Shown piece by piece: positions 20,300-30,978 of a stretch of 64,000 nt of DNA (positions are counted from its first letter, which is position 1; the number at the start of each line of letters is the position of its first letter). A model generated the notes under the pieces. The model saw only the letters and a program-made list of their open reading frames with translations, was not told where the DNA came from and ran no database searches. The position numbers and the translations under genes were made by a program. The stretch spans positions 24,022 through 88,021 of the forward strand of contig NJBH01000016.1 of assembly GCA_005223125.1 (NCBI GenBank), in the 5' to 3' direction. Origin of the DNA: Promethearchaeota archaeon Loki_b32 (GTDB lineage: Archaea > Asgardarchaeota > Lokiarchaeia > Sigyniarchaeales > SOKP01).

Positions 20300-21217
20300 A
20301 TGAGTAGAGAGAAACCCCATAACGCTCGAACATCACGAACTTCTTTTAGAGATCTTCAGTTACAAATTGAAGATTTACGACAAAGGAGAGATGAATTAAA
20401 TAAGAAAACAAAAGAATACATTAATAGGCTTCAAGAAAATGAAATAGAAATTACAAATTCTCTGAAAATTGCTAAGCAAAAATACAAAAAGAAAAGAGAT
20501 TACTGGAATAATAAAGTGAAACAACTAAAAGAGAAAAAAATTGAATATAAAACTCTTTTCGACAATTTTATTGAAGAGAAAAAAAGTCTTCAAAAATCCC
20601 AAAAAAACACAATAGATAACAAACAATTTCTCTCAATAAAACAAATTGAACGCAAAATTGACAACCTAGAGAGGATAATTGAAACCGAAAAACTCGATAT
20701 TGCTGAAGAAAATGCTATAATTGACAAAATAAGGGAATTGGCGGCTATGAAACATGAATTTTTATCTGAAGAAAAAAACAATGACCTTTTCAAGATTGAG
20801 AGAAAAATCGAAATAGTAAAAATTAATTTGAATAAGATATATGAGCAATTGAATAAATGGTCCGATAAATCTCAAGAAAATCATACAAAAATGCTTGAAG
20901 AGTTTCAAAATGTTGATAAATTAAAAGAAGATAAGAAAAAGCTTGAAGAAGAATTAATTGAGAATAAAAAAACAGCTGATCGCTATCACAAGCAATATTT
21001 AAAGGTAATGAATCAAAGAAAGAAGAATTATAAAGGCAAAAAACCTTACAGCCATAGTAAAAAACCTACCAGAAATTTCAATCAATCTAATAAAAAATAT
21101 GAAATGATGGAAAAACTTAGACAAGATAAATTGGCTACAGCACTTGAAAAGCAAAAAGCTGGAAAAAAACTTAATTTATTTGAAGCTAGACTAATTCTTG
21201 AGAAATCTAGAGAATAG
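20300..21217 (+). CDS. Archaeal coiled-coil protein (COG1340-like)
   Basis: Long heptad-rich K/E sequence ending in KAGKKLNLFE, as in this family. Confidence 0.75.
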   Translation: MSREKPHNARTSRTSFRDLQLQIEDLRQRRDELNKKTKEYINRLQENEIEITNSLKIAKQKYKKKRDYWNNKVKQLKEKKIEYKTLFDNFIEEKKSLQKSQKNTIDNKQFLSIKQIERKIDNLERIIETEKLDIAEENAIIDKIRELAAMKHEFLSEEKNNDLFKIERKIEIVKINLNKIYEQLNKWSDKSQENHTKMLEEFQNVDKLKEDKKKLEEELIENKKTADRYHKQYLKVMNQRKKNYKGKKPYSHSKKPTRNFNQSNKKYEMMEKLRQDKLATALEKQKAGKKLNLFEARLILEKSRE

Positions 21218-21391
21218 TTACACCTTGTTAATTTAAAATTTTTTAGATTTGTTTAACTAAGTCAGTTCTCGTTAATTTTCGAATTTAATTTGAGAATTTT
21301 TATTAAAAATAAAGAGATCTGAATAAGGTTTAAAAAAATTGTAGATTTATTATTTAAATAATGCTTAAAAATAATAGAAGGGATTATAAAT

Positions 21392-22720
21392 TTGAATAAA
21401 AAATTAGCTGAAATTCGAAGTATCTTATTAGAACATCACGATTGGTTCCAACAATCAATACCCCTAATTGCTTCTGAAAATATCACTAGCCCTGCTGTGG
21501 ATGAAGCTTGTGCTTCTGATTTTTCTCATCGATATGCAGAAGGATGGAGCGGCCAGAGAGTCTATGCAGGATGCAGATATATAGATCAGATCGAAGATAT
21601 TTGTATGGAACTTACTAAAGAATATTTTAAATGTATCCATGCCGATGTACGACCTATATCTGGAGTTGTAGCGAATTTAGTCATGTATAACGCATTTACT
21701 TCGGATAATAATGGTAAAATGTGCTGTATGTCTATTGTCCGGGGAGGACATATTTCACATGGTCCAAGATTTGCAAAAAGTGGTAGAGAAATTTTTGGGA
21801 CGGCTGGAACAACAAGAGGTATCAATATTGAATATTTAGCATTTGATAATGATGAAATGAATCTTGATATTGATGCATCCGCTAAAATCATTAGAGAATT
21901 TGAACCTGAATTAGTTCTATTTGGTGGCTCAGTATTTTTATTCCCACACCCTGTTAAAGAACTTGGTGAGGTCGCAAAAGAGGTTGGAGCATATGTCGGG
22001 TACGATGCTGCCCATGTCTCAGGTTTGATTGGTTCTGGATATTTCCAGGATCCTTTAAGAGATGGAGCAGACGTTATGACTATGAGCACGCATAAAACAC
22101 TTCCAGGGCCGCAACATGGTGCTTTAGTATCAAATAGGGAGGATTTAATTGAAACTCTTAGATCTTGCGCTTTTCCAGCTTTATTATCCAATCATCATCT
22201 TCATAATGTTGCCGGTTTGGCAATAGCTCTAGCAGAAATGATAGAATTTGGAAAAGAATACCACAAGAACGTTATAGAAAATGCAAAAGCACTAGGACAA
22301 GCCTTATCAGATCAAGGAATAAAAATATTGATGGAACATAAAGGTTTTACTGAATCTCATCAAATAGTAGCGGACATTACAGAATTTGAGAAGACTATTG
22401 GATTGGGTGGAGACATAGAAAAATTATTGGAAGAAGCAAATATTATTCTTAATCGTAATCTTTTACCATATGATATCGCAGAGGGTAGACATTATCAAAA
22501 TCCTGGAGGTTTAAGAATGGGGACTTCTGAAGTCACCCGGCTTGGAATGGGAAAAAGTGAAATGGTTGATATTGCTGAATTCTTTAAAAAACTAATAATT
22601 GATAAGAAAGGCCCTAAAAAAGTAAAAAATGAAGTAATAGAATTTCGAAAAGATTTCCAAGAAATAAAGTATTGCTTTCAATCTCCAAGTAAAGCTTATG
22701 AATATTTAAAGTTTTATTAA
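21392..22720 (+). CDS. glyA: Serine hydroxymethyltransferase
   Basis: LIASEN, RYAEG, GGHISH, YDAAHVSGL, STHKTLPGPQ. Confidence 0.96.
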   Translation: MNKKLAEIRSILLEHHDWFQQSIPLIASENITSPAVDEACASDFSHRYAEGWSGQRVYAGCRYIDQIEDICMELTKEYFKCIHADVRPISGVVANLVMYNAFTSDNNGKMCCMSIVRGGHISHGPRFAKSGREIFGTAGTTRGINIEYLAFDNDEMNLDIDASAKIIREFEPELVLFGGSVFLFPHPVKELGEVAKEVGAYVGYDAAHVSGLIGSGYFQDPLRDGADVMTMSTHKTLPGPQHGALVSNREDLIETLRSCAFPALLSNHHLHNVAGLAIALAEMIEFGKEYHKNVIENAKALGQALSDQGIKILMEHKGFTESHQIVADITEFEKTIGLGGDIEKLLEEANIILNRNLLPYDIAEGRHYQNPGGLRMGTSEVTRLGMGKSEMVDIAEFFKKLIIDKKGPKKVKNEVIEFRKDFQEIKYCFQSPSKAYEYLKFY

Positions 22721-22809
22721 TATATTTTATTCTTATTTTTTCAGTAGAATAATAAAACTTATCTTAAACGATTCATTTAAGACTTATTATAATTTTAAAT
22801 TAATGATTA

Positions 22810-23652
22810 ATGAAAGTCATGAGTCTCGAAGTTCTTGAAAAAAACGACAGGAACCTTATTTTTATAGTAGAAGGGATTTCTATTGAAATGGCAAATGCTA
22901 TTCGCAGAATTATTATTTCTGAGATACCTGTAATGGCAGTAGATGAAGTTATCATATTAAAGAATGACTCCCCTCTCTATGATGAGATTATATCTCACAG
23001 ATTAGGCTTAATTCCTTTAACTACAGATTTAGATGTATATAAGCTTCCACGAGAGTGCTCTTGTGAGGGTTACGGGTGTGCTCTTTGCCAAGTCTCTTTA
23101 ACATGTGAGGTTACTAACACATCAAATAATCCAATGGAACTTTATTCAGGTGATTTAAATTCTAATGATCCAAAAATAATCCCTGTTAATCCAAATATAC
23201 CAATAGTAAAAATTGATAAAAATGACAAAGTGATAATCGAAGCTTATGCAATTTTAGGAGTAGCAAAAGATCATGTCAAATGGCAAGCAGTTTCAAATAT
23301 CTTCTATAGATTTTATCCTCAGATTGATTTCGATGATAGTAAATGTGCTAAATGTCCAGAGAAATGTGTAGTGTCTCGTTTATGTCCTGAAAAACTATAT
23401 GATTTTTCAAATAAAAAAACTCCAAGATTGATGGATGAATACTGGAAAACATGTACTTTATGTAATTCTTGTCAGAATGATTGTCCAGAGGAGGCTATAA
23501 AAGTAGGTTGGAAAGACGATACTTACATTTTTTCAATTGAGAGTGATGGTGTTCTCGAATTCGATGTTGTCCTGAAGAAAACATTTGAGGTTTTCTTAGA
23601 AAAAATTGATGAATTTGTTGAAAAACTCGAAGAAGTAGAGATAGAATCGTGA
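22810..23652 (+). CDS. rpo3: RNA polymerase subunit Rpo3 (D) with ferredoxin-like insert
   Basis: ANAIRRIIISEIP, NDSPLYDEIISHRLGLIPL, HVKWQ; CTLCNSCQNDCP. Confidence 0.95.
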   Translation: MKVMSLEVLEKNDRNLIFIVEGISIEMANAIRRIIISEIPVMAVDEVIILKNDSPLYDEIISHRLGLIPLTTDLDVYKLPRECSCEGYGCALCQVSLTCEVTNTSNNPMELYSGDLNSNDPKIIPVNPNIPIVKIDKNDKVIIEAYAILGVAKDHVKWQAVSNIFYRFYPQIDFDDSKCAKCPEKCVVSRLCPEKLYDFSNKKTPRLMDEYWKTCTLCNSCQNDCPEEAIKVGWKDDTYIFSIESDGVLEFDVVLKKTFEVFLEKIDEFVEKLEEVEIES

Positions 23653-23716
23653 ATTATCAAAAAATTATTAAAATATTATAAATTTAAGATATCAGATTTA
23701 TTGGTGGTTGTAAGTC

Positions 23717-24073
23717 ATGTCCCATAAAATTACTGGTCCAAGCAACTATTATATCAGAAAATTAATAAGAGATTTATGGAAAACGAAGATTAAAATCTGG
23801 AAAACAGTTTCAACAAAGCTAAGTGGTCCAAGAAGGAATAAAGTTAAAGCAAATTTATACCGTATTAACAAGAAAACAAGTAAAAATGAAGTAATCGTCA
23901 TTCCCGGAAAGGTTTTAGGGATGGGGGAATTAGATCATGCTCTTACAATAGCTTGCTTAGAATATTCAAAATCAGCAAAAAAAAAAATTGAATCATCTGG
24001 TAGTAAACTAATAACAATTGAAGAGTTATTAGAGCAAAACCCTAAGGGTAGTGGAGTTAAGGTTTTTTATTGA
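23717..24073 (+). CDS. rpl18e: 50S ribosomal protein eL18
   Basis: VIPGKVLGMG, SKSAKKKI, NPKGSGV; follows rpo3 as in the archaeal cluster. Confidence 0.93.
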   Translation: MSHKITGPSNYYIRKLIRDLWKTKIKIWKTVSTKLSGPRRNKVKANLYRINKKTSKNEVIVIPGKVLGMGELDHALTIACLEYSKSAKKKIESSGSKLITIEELLEQNPKGSGVKVFY

Positions 24074-24106
24074 AATATCAAATATCTTATTGAGTGTCAA
24101 AAAAAT

Positions 24107-24580
24107 ATGTTAATCGAATATCAATTATATGATGCATCAAATAAAATTTTAGGACGATTCTGTAGTCAAATTGCGAAAAGAGCTATATTAGGCGAGTATA
24201 TAGTAATAATTAATGCGAAAGATGCAATTATAAGTGGAACAAAAAGAGATATTCATGAAAATTATTTAGCAAAATTAAATATTTCAACAGCAACTAATCC
24301 ACGTAGAGGACCATTTCATGAGAGAAGACCAGATACTTTTATGAGAAGAGTTATAAAGCAAATGTTACCAAGAAAGAAATTACGAGGAAAAGAGGCTCTT
24401 AAAAGAGTTCATATCTATATAACGGATATTCCTGAACGATTTAAGAGCAGGTATCAAAAATTAGTGCCTACTGAAATTAATAATGCAGATAAAAAGCGTC
24501 TTTCATATTATAACAAGTTTATCACTTTAGATAATTTATGTCAACGAATAGGGTGGAAAAAAACCGAGATAGAGGCTTAA
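24107..24580 (+). CDS. rpl13: 50S ribosomal protein uL13
   Basis: DASNKILGR, NPRRGPFHERRPD, MLPRKK. Confidence 0.94.
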   Translation: MLIEYQLYDASNKILGRFCSQIAKRAILGEYIVIINAKDAIISGTKRDIHENYLAKLNISTATNPRRGPFHERRPDTFMRRVIKQMLPRKKLRGKEALKRVHIYITDIPERFKSRYQKLVPTEINNADKKRLSYYNKFITLDNLCQRIGWKKTEIEA

Positions 24581-24584
24581 AAAA

Positions 24585-24995
24585 ATGTCAATGAAAGTAA
24601 TTCAAGCATCAGGAAAAAGAAAAATGGCAATAGCACGAGCAGTGTTGAGACATCCCGCCAAAGGCCAAATAAAGATAAATAATATACCCTTAAGATTATA
24701 TGAACCAGAAATCGCTCGATTGAGAATTCAAGAAGTATTTGAGATAATAAATCACCCAAAACTTGAAAAATGCGATATCAATGTCAGAGTTCATGGTGGT
24801 GGCATAATGGGTAGAACGGATGCGGTTCGAATAGCAATTGCAAAATCTATTAATAAATTTATAGGAACAAAAACTATTGAGAAATCTTTTAGGGAGTATG
24901 ATGATTCTCTATTATCTGGAGACTCGAGACGAACCGAGCCGAAACATTTTGGGGGGAAGAAGGCCAGATCTCGAAGACAAAAGAGTTTTAGATAA
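24585..24995 (+). CDS. rps9: 30S ribosomal protein uS9
   Basis: GKRKMAIARA, VHGGGIMG, DSRRTEPKHFGG..RQKSFR. Confidence 0.95.
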   Translation: MSMKVIQASGKRKMAIARAVLRHPAKGQIKINNIPLRLYEPEIARLRIQEVFEIINHPKLEKCDINVRVHGGGIMGRTDAVRIAIAKSINKFIGTKTIEKSFREYDDSLLSGDSRRTEPKHFGGKKARSRRQKSFR

Positions 24996-25009
24996 TTTTA
25001 TTAATTAAA

Positions 25010-26326
25010 TTAAACTTGTTCAATTTGGGCCCCTAATTCTTTTAAATCTCCAAAAAAGGAAGGATAAGAATCTTTTATAATTTCACTATTTTGAATATAC
25101 GAGCTGGAATCAGCATATAATGCAGCAATACTACAAGCCATTGCAATTCTATGATCATTATTATGATTAATTGTAGTACCTTTAATTTTATCGCAATGAA
25201 ATATTGTTAATTTATCATCTTCTTCAATGATTTTAATGCCCATATTACTTAATTCTCGAGCTATAGTAGAAATTCTATCAGTTTCTTTTAATCTTAGGTT
25301 AGATGCATTATAGAGAACTGTTTTTCCCTCCGCAAAAGCTCCGATAACAGATAAAATTGGAAATAAATCAGGAATGTCTTTGCAATTAATCTCAATTCCT
25401 TTTAAAGGATATTTTTTAATATCTCCATTTAAAATTATTTGATTTTTATCCTCATCCATATTGATATTAGCACCCATTTCCCTTAAAATCTCGATAATTT
25501 TTTTATCTCCTTGAGAATTCTTAATGCTTAAATTATTGATAATTATAGAAGATGGTTTTTTAGATAATACTGCAGCTGCTATAATAAACGCTGCGGAAGA
25601 AAAATCTCCTGGAATAGTATAAGACTGAGATCTATAGGTTTGATCGTTTGTTATATAGAATTTACCGATTTCAAAATTAGCTTGGATATTAATTCCAAAT
25701 GTTTCTAAAACATCTAATGTGATTTCGATAAAAGGTTTGGAAACTAATGGGGTTGTGAGTTCGATTTCAAAGAAATCTTTGTTCTCACATTGTAATTGGG
25801 GACATAACATTAATAAGGCAGTTATAAATTGTGAACTTTTATTACCCTGAATCTTAATTTTATTACACAGAATTTTTTTACGTTTAATTTTAAGTTTACC
25901 ACCTGATAATTTAAAAACGGCACCAATCTGTTCAAGTGATTTGAGGAGGGGAAGAATTGGTCTATTAAGTTTAAAGAATTCTCCTGATAATGAAAGTCCA
26001 TCTTTAAATAATAAACTTAAGGCACTAAAAATTCTTATGGTTGTTCCAGAGTTTCCACAATCCAGAGTTTTTTTATAAGATCTAAAAGATTCTTTACCAC
26101 TTTTAATGATATACGTATTATCCGATTTTTCTAAGATTTTAACTCCTAAAGTTTTTAATACATTCATTGTAACTTCAACATCTCCACTTTTTAGAGGATT
26201 TTTAATTATTGAAATACCATCAGCAAGACTCGCAGCTATAAAAGCTCTATGCGAATAACTTTTGGATCCTGGTGCTATGATTTCACCATTCAAACTGCTT
26301 GTAATTGGATTAATTTTAAGATTCAT
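25010..26326 (-). CDS. aroA: 3-phosphoshikimate 1-carboxyvinyltransferase (EPSP synthase)
   Basis: PGSKSYSHRA, CGNSGTTIR, SSQFITALL, LRLKETDRI, DHRIAM. Confidence 0.95.
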   Translation of the reverse strand: MNLKINPITSSLNGEIIAPGSKSYSHRAFIAASLADGISIIKNPLKSGDVEVTMNVLKTLGVKILEKSDNTYIIKSGKESFRSYKKTLDCGNSGTTIRIFSALSLLFKDGLSLSGEFFKLNRPILPLLKSLEQIGAVFKLSGGKLKIKRKKILCNKIKIQGNKSSQFITALLMLCPQLQCENKDFFEIELTTPLVSKPFIEITLDVLETFGINIQANFEIGKFYITNDQTYRSQSYTIPGDFSSAAFIIAAAVLSKKPSSIIINNLSIKNSQGDKKIIEILREMGANINMDEDKNQIILNGDIKKYPLKGIEINCKDIPDLFPILSVIGAFAEGKTVLYNASNLRLKETDRISTIARELSNMGIKIIEEDDKLTIFHCDKIKGTTINHNNDHRIAMACSIAALYADSSSYIQNSEIIKDSYPSFFGDLKELGAQIEQV

Positions 26327-26412
26327 TAATTACTAAATAGAAAGTTATAGATATAATATTAATTAAATAATCTAGTAAGACTAATGTTTTATTAATCCTC
26401 GAAATCGTGTAA

Positions 26413-27525
26413 GTGATGGATAACTCATTTGGTACTATCTATAGAATAACATCATTTGGAGAAAGTCATGGAGCTTTAGGAGGAATCATATTAGACGGTG
26501 TACCGGCAGGACTAGAATTTGATTTAGAATTTATCCAAAATGAACTTGATAGAAGAAGACCAGGTCAATCAAATTTGACAACGACTCGTGTTGAGGAGGA
26601 TCAAGTAAAGGTATTATCTGGCATTTTCAACAATAAAACATCAGGAGCACCAATTTGTTTGATAATTGAAAATAATGATATTAATTCATTAATTTATGAA
26701 AATTATAAGCAATTCTTACGACCCTCCCATGTAGATTATTCTGCATTAAAAAAATATGGGGGATATTCTGATTATCGAGGATCAGGGAGATTTTCTGGCA
26801 GAATTACGGCTGGCTTTGTCATGGCTGGAGCTATTGCAAAACAAATATTAAAAAAATATAATATCGTGATATTTGCTTATACTAAAAGTATTGGAAAGGT
26901 TATCGACGACGATGAGAGGCCTTCTTTAAATGAATTAGAAAAATTGTTCGAAATAAGAAACAAGTCTCTTGTTAGGGCTATAAATCATGAGAAATCGAAA
27001 TTAATGGAGCAGTTAATTGAAAATGTTAAAAATCAAAAGGATTCTATCGGAGGGACTATAAAATGCATTGTTTCAAATTTTCCTGCTGGGAAGGGAGGGC
27101 CGATTTTCAATAGTATTGAGGCAAACATAAGCAAGGCAATTTTTGCGATTCCTGCCATAAAGGGCATTGAGTTTGGAGCTGGTTTTAAAGCATCCAAAAT
27201 GAAAGGTTCAGAACATAATGATCCATGGATTTTAAAGGATGGAAAAATCCAAACAATTAAAAATGATGCTGGTGGAATAATTGGGGGAATTTCAACTGGT
27301 ATGCCGATTGAATTTACTATAGCAGTAAAACCACCATCTTCTATAGGGGTTCCACAGAAAACTGTTAATATTGAGATGATGGAAAATGTAGAAATTGAAT
27401 TTAGTGGTCGTCATGATCCGTGTATAGTACCAAGGGTAGTCCCCGTTGTAGAAGCTATGACAGCAAACGTTTTACTAGATTTTTTACTTATAGAAGGTTA
27501 TATTCCTAGGATTTTTAAACAATAA
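26413..27525 (+). CDS. aroC: Chorismate synthase
   Basis: FGESHG, RRRPGQS, RPSHVD, GGISTGMP, GRHDPC. Confidence 0.96.
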   Translation: MMDNSFGTIYRITSFGESHGALGGIILDGVPAGLEFDLEFIQNELDRRRPGQSNLTTTRVEEDQVKVLSGIFNNKTSGAPICLIIENNDINSLIYENYKQFLRPSHVDYSALKKYGGYSDYRGSGRFSGRITAGFVMAGAIAKQILKKYNIVIFAYTKSIGKVIDDDERPSLNELEKLFEIRNKSLVRAINHEKSKLMEQLIENVKNQKDSIGGTIKCIVSNFPAGKGGPIFNSIEANISKAIFAIPAIKGIEFGAGFKASKMKGSEHNDPWILKDGKIQTIKNDAGGIIGGISTGMPIEFTIAVKPPSSIGVPQKTVNIEMMENVEIEFSGRHDPCIVPRVVPVVEAMTANVLLDFLLIEGYIPRIFKQ

Positions 27526-27628
27526 ATGAAGGCTATAAGTTTATTAATAAAAATTAAATTATCTTTATGTTCATAATAAAAAATAATAATTATTGATAAT
27601 GATTTGAGTATTATAAAAAGGAATTATC

Positions 27629-27865
27629 ATGCCCCTTTCAGTTCAAGAAAAGCTTATCGAAGATGTTATGAAATTAATAGATAGATGGTCTTTTGAACAG
27701 TGTGCTTATTGCGATGATGGAACACTGGTTTCAATTGAAGGAATGCTTGATTTCAGGTGTAGTAAATGCGGAAAGTCAATGAATCCTTTAGAATATTTAG
27801 GGGAAATCGGCAAAATTGTTTTTCATTATAGAGAAAATCAAAATAATCTCAAAATTAAGCATTAG
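27629..27865 (+). CDS. Small zinc-ribbon protein
   Basis: CAYC...CSKCG pair in 78 aa. Confidence 0.75.
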   Translation: MPLSVQEKLIEDVMKLIDRWSFEQCAYCDDGTLVSIEGMLDFRCSKCGKSMNPLEYLGEIGKIVFHYRENQNNLKIKH

Positions 27866-27962
27866 AGATATTAATAACTTATAAAATAAAGAATATATTG
27901 ATAAAATTAGCAACCATTAATTTTCAAGCTCAATTCTTCTCAATATAAAGCCAAGGTTTTAG

Positions 27963-29399
27963 GTGTTTATAATGAATTCACCAATTACAGCCGTTTTATT
28001 GGGGGCAGGAAGACGAGGATTTCACGTTTATGGAAATTATGCTCTTAAAGAAAAAAAAAAACTAAAATTTATTGCTGTAGCTGAACCCATTAAAGCAAGA
28101 CGTGAAAAATTCGCTAATTTACACAGAATTCCTTCAAATAGATGTTATGAAAGTTGGGAGGATTTACTTTCACAGGATAAATTAGCAAATATAGCTTTTA
28201 TTTGTACTCAAGATCAGATGCACACAGAACCTACTTTATTAGCTTTAGAAAAAGGATATCATGTACTTTTAGAGAAACCTATGGCCCAAACTCTAGAAAA
28301 TTGTATTAAAATAGTGAAAAAAGTAGAAGAAACGGGAAGAATTTTGGGTGTGGGTCATGTTTTAAGATATACTAGTTTTTTCTCAACTATATATAAAATA
28401 ATCCAAAAAGGTCTACTTGGAGATATTGTTAATATTTCTCATAGAGAAAATGTTATGTGGTATCATTACGCCCACAGTTTTATAAGAGGTCCATGGTCAA
28501 ATGTAGAAAAATCTTCTCCAATGATTTTAGCAAAATGTTGTCATGATCTTGATTTACTTTTTCATATGACAGGCTCACTTCCAAAGAAAATAAGTTCTTT
28601 TGGAAACTTGTACCATTTCAAGCCAGAAAATGCACCAAAGGGAGCACCAGAATATTGTTTAGATGGATGTCCAGCTAAAGCAAAATGCTTATATTATGCT
28701 CCAAGAATATATATTGATATTATCCCCCAAATTCAATTTATGGAAAAAAGTGATAATAAGTTTTTGAAGATATTAGGGAAGTTAAGAAAGAACCATGTGA
28801 ATTTCTTAACATATCTCTCAAAGTTGGTACCTCTATTAAAAGAATTAAGGTATTATAAAGATTTTCCAATTTATTATTTATATACAGGTCAAAAAGAAGA
28901 TTATTCTGACGAGGCAAAAGCTAGAATTTTGAAAAAGAGTCCCTATGGTAGATGTGTATATCACTGTGATAATGATGTAGTTGACCATCAAATAGTAAAT
29001 ATTGAATTTGAAAATGGAGTTACAGCTAATTTAACGATGCATGGTTTCAGTGAGCGTGAAGGTCGGACATTAAGAATTGATGGAACAAAAGCAACATTGA
29101 TAGGAGAGTTTCATATTAGTGGGGAGAAAATCATATTTTATGATCACTTTTCTGGAAAAGAAACACTGATTTATGCGAAAAAATTAACACGTGAGTCCGG
29201 TGAGCATGGTGTTGGAGATTTTGAACTAGTAGATGACTATATTGAATCACTCATTAGTAAAGAAAAAACTCAACCTTTAACAAATGCACAGGAGACTGTT
29301 GAGAGCCACTTAATGGCTTTTGCTGCTAATGAATCGCGCTTAAAAGGAATTGTGGTTGATATGAATAAATTTCGTAAAAAAGTATACAAATTAGGATGA
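27963..29399 (+). CDS. Gfo/Idh/MocA family oxidoreductase
   Basis: LLGAGRRG Rossmann motif, LEKPMA, HVLRY, AKCCHDLD. Confidence 0.92.
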   Translation: MFIMNSPITAVLLGAGRRGFHVYGNYALKEKKKLKFIAVAEPIKARREKFANLHRIPSNRCYESWEDLLSQDKLANIAFICTQDQMHTEPTLLALEKGYHVLLEKPMAQTLENCIKIVKKVEETGRILGVGHVLRYTSFFSTIYKIIQKGLLGDIVNISHRENVMWYHYAHSFIRGPWSNVEKSSPMILAKCCHDLDLLFHMTGSLPKKISSFGNLYHFKPENAPKGAPEYCLDGCPAKAKCLYYAPRIYIDIIPQIQFMEKSDNKFLKILGKLRKNHVNFLTYLSKLVPLLKELRYYKDFPIYYLYTGQKEDYSDEAKARILKKSPYGRCVYHCDNDVVDHQIVNIEFENGVTANLTMHGFSEREGRTLRIDGTKATLIGEFHISGEKIIFYDHFSGKETLIYAKKLTRESGEHGVGDFELVDDYIESLISKEKTQPLTNAQETVESHLMAFAANESRLKGIVVDMNKFRKKVYKLG

Positions 29400-29492
29400 T
29401 TTTATCAAAAAGAAATAATGTTTGAATAGAAAAATTTTAGTTAATTTTATTATAATTGATATCATAAAGTATCTTAAAGTTAAAACTAAAAT

Positions 29493-29738
29493 TTGGGAAG
29501 TTTAAATAGAATGGATAGAAAGATTGACACTTCTGCCCAATTTATAGAATTTTATAAGAAAAAGGGAGATTATTTGGTATCTCTTTCAGAAAATCATTTT
29601 AAAAATATAGAATATCGTAAATGTCTTGAATTATTGAACCAAGCTTATGGAATGTATATGAAAGGGAATTATACTGAACTTTCTGAAAAAACAAAACAGA
29701 GATTCTTAGAAATTAAAGAAAAATATTTTCAAAAGTGA
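29493..29738 (+). CDS. Hypothetical helical protein (TPR/MIT-like)
   Basis: 81-aa helical ORF with YRKCLELLNQAY; the family call is weak. Confidence 0.55.
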   Translation: MGSLNRMDRKIDTSAQFIEFYKKKGDYLVSLSENHFKNIEYRKCLELLNQAYGMYMKGNYTELSEKTKQRFLEIKEKYFQK

Positions 29739-29743
29739 AATCT

Positions 29744-30238
29744 CTAATCAAATTCTAAAGCTTTGTCCAATCTATCTTCAATATCTTCAATATGAGAGCC
29801 TTGCCAATATACTTTTTTACATTGAAGATTTGAGCACTGATAAAACTCGTTGTAATTATTATATGTATCTTTTAAAACAAGATCTTTTATTGAATTTTTA
29901 GACGGAACTTTATTTAAGTATGAATTGCAAATAGAACATCTGGCTTGAGTTATATTAAATTTAAAATTCAAACCAAATGTCTTATTGAGTTGATGAAGGT
30001 AATTATATATTCCTTTTCCTCTCAAATAAACACTTTTTTCTTTATAGTTCTTATACAAGGGATAGTCTTTAGTAATAATAATCCTATCATCTTTATTTGC
30101 ATATTCTATTAATTTTTCATCTGGTACAGGATCCATCTTAAAATAGTCTATTAAATCATTTGCATAGATAGTATCAAATCCAAAAATTCTTAGGAATCGC
30201 GCTAATTTGCCTAACATTGAATCAGCTAAAAATTTCAT
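29744..30238 (-). CDS. Mut7-C RNase (PIN-like) domain protein with Zn ribbon
   Basis: FLADSMLGKLARFLRIFGFDT, RCSICN, C..CKKVYWQGSH. Confidence 0.92.
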   Translation of the reverse strand: MKFLADSMLGKLARFLRIFGFDTIYANDLIDYFKMDPVPDEKLIEYANKDDRIIITKDYPLYKNYKEKSVYLRGKGIYNYLHQLNKTFGLNFKFNITQARCSICNSYLNKVPSKNSIKDLVLKDTYNNYNEFYQCSNLQCKKVYWQGSHIEDIEDRLDKALEFD

Positions 30239-30342
30239 CTTCAGGAAGTCAAGCTTTTATAAAGTATTTCTAGATTAAATAAATTAAAATTTAATTTTAA
30301 ATTATATAACTGAAATTCAATCAAAAAAAAAAAAGATTTTAG

Positions 30343-30870
30343 ATGGAAGCTAAAGAATTAATGGAAAAAGCAGTTAGATTTCATGGACATATCTGTCCTG
30401 GTTTGACAATTGGTGTGCTAGCTGCTAAATATGTTTTAGAGCATGGATATGAATATTCTCCAAATGAAGAGTTAGTAGCGGTTGTTGAAAATGATAACTG
30501 TAGTGTTGATGCTCTCCAAGTGTTATTAGGTACAACTTTTGGGAAGGGAAATCTTGTACATCAGGATTATGGTAAAATTAATTATATATTTTATGATAGA
30601 AGAACAAAGAAGGGTGTAAGATTATCTATAAAAAGTAAAGAATTTGGTGATAAAAAGCTAACAAGAGATGAAAAAATCCAATTATTACTAAATTCAAAAC
30701 CAGAAGATATATTTAATATATATGAAATTGATTACAATCCTCCCGGATTAGCTGAAATTGAAGAATCTGTACCCTGTGAGATATGTGGAGAACTTATTAT
30801 GAATAGTCGACTTATGACATATAATGATTCTGAAATGTGTATTCCTTGTTATAAAAAAATGAGGAAATAG
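30343..30870 (+). CDS. FmdE/FwdE family protein with C-terminal Zn finger
   Basis: FHGHICPGL, ENDNCSVDALQ, CEICGE..CIPC. Confidence 0.9.
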   Translation: MEAKELMEKAVRFHGHICPGLTIGVLAAKYVLEHGYEYSPNEELVAVVENDNCSVDALQVLLGTTFGKGNLVHQDYGKINYIFYDRRTKKGVRLSIKSKEFGDKKLTRDEKIQLLLNSKPEDIFNIYEIDYNPPGLAEIEESVPCEICGELIMNSRLMTYNDSEMCIPCYKKMRK

Positions 30871-30978
30871 TAGGAGAATAAAATTAATTCTTTAGGTTTA
30901 TTTCTTTGAATTGTACTCCATAATACTTTTTTACTTCTTGGTTTGTAAATCTTAATATTGTGATGTTTGTGAGATATA

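Noticed and set aside
23653-23716. tRNA-Leu often found between rpo3 and rpl18e in archaea
   Set aside because: The spacer is only 64 bp, AT-rich, and cannot form a cloverleaf.
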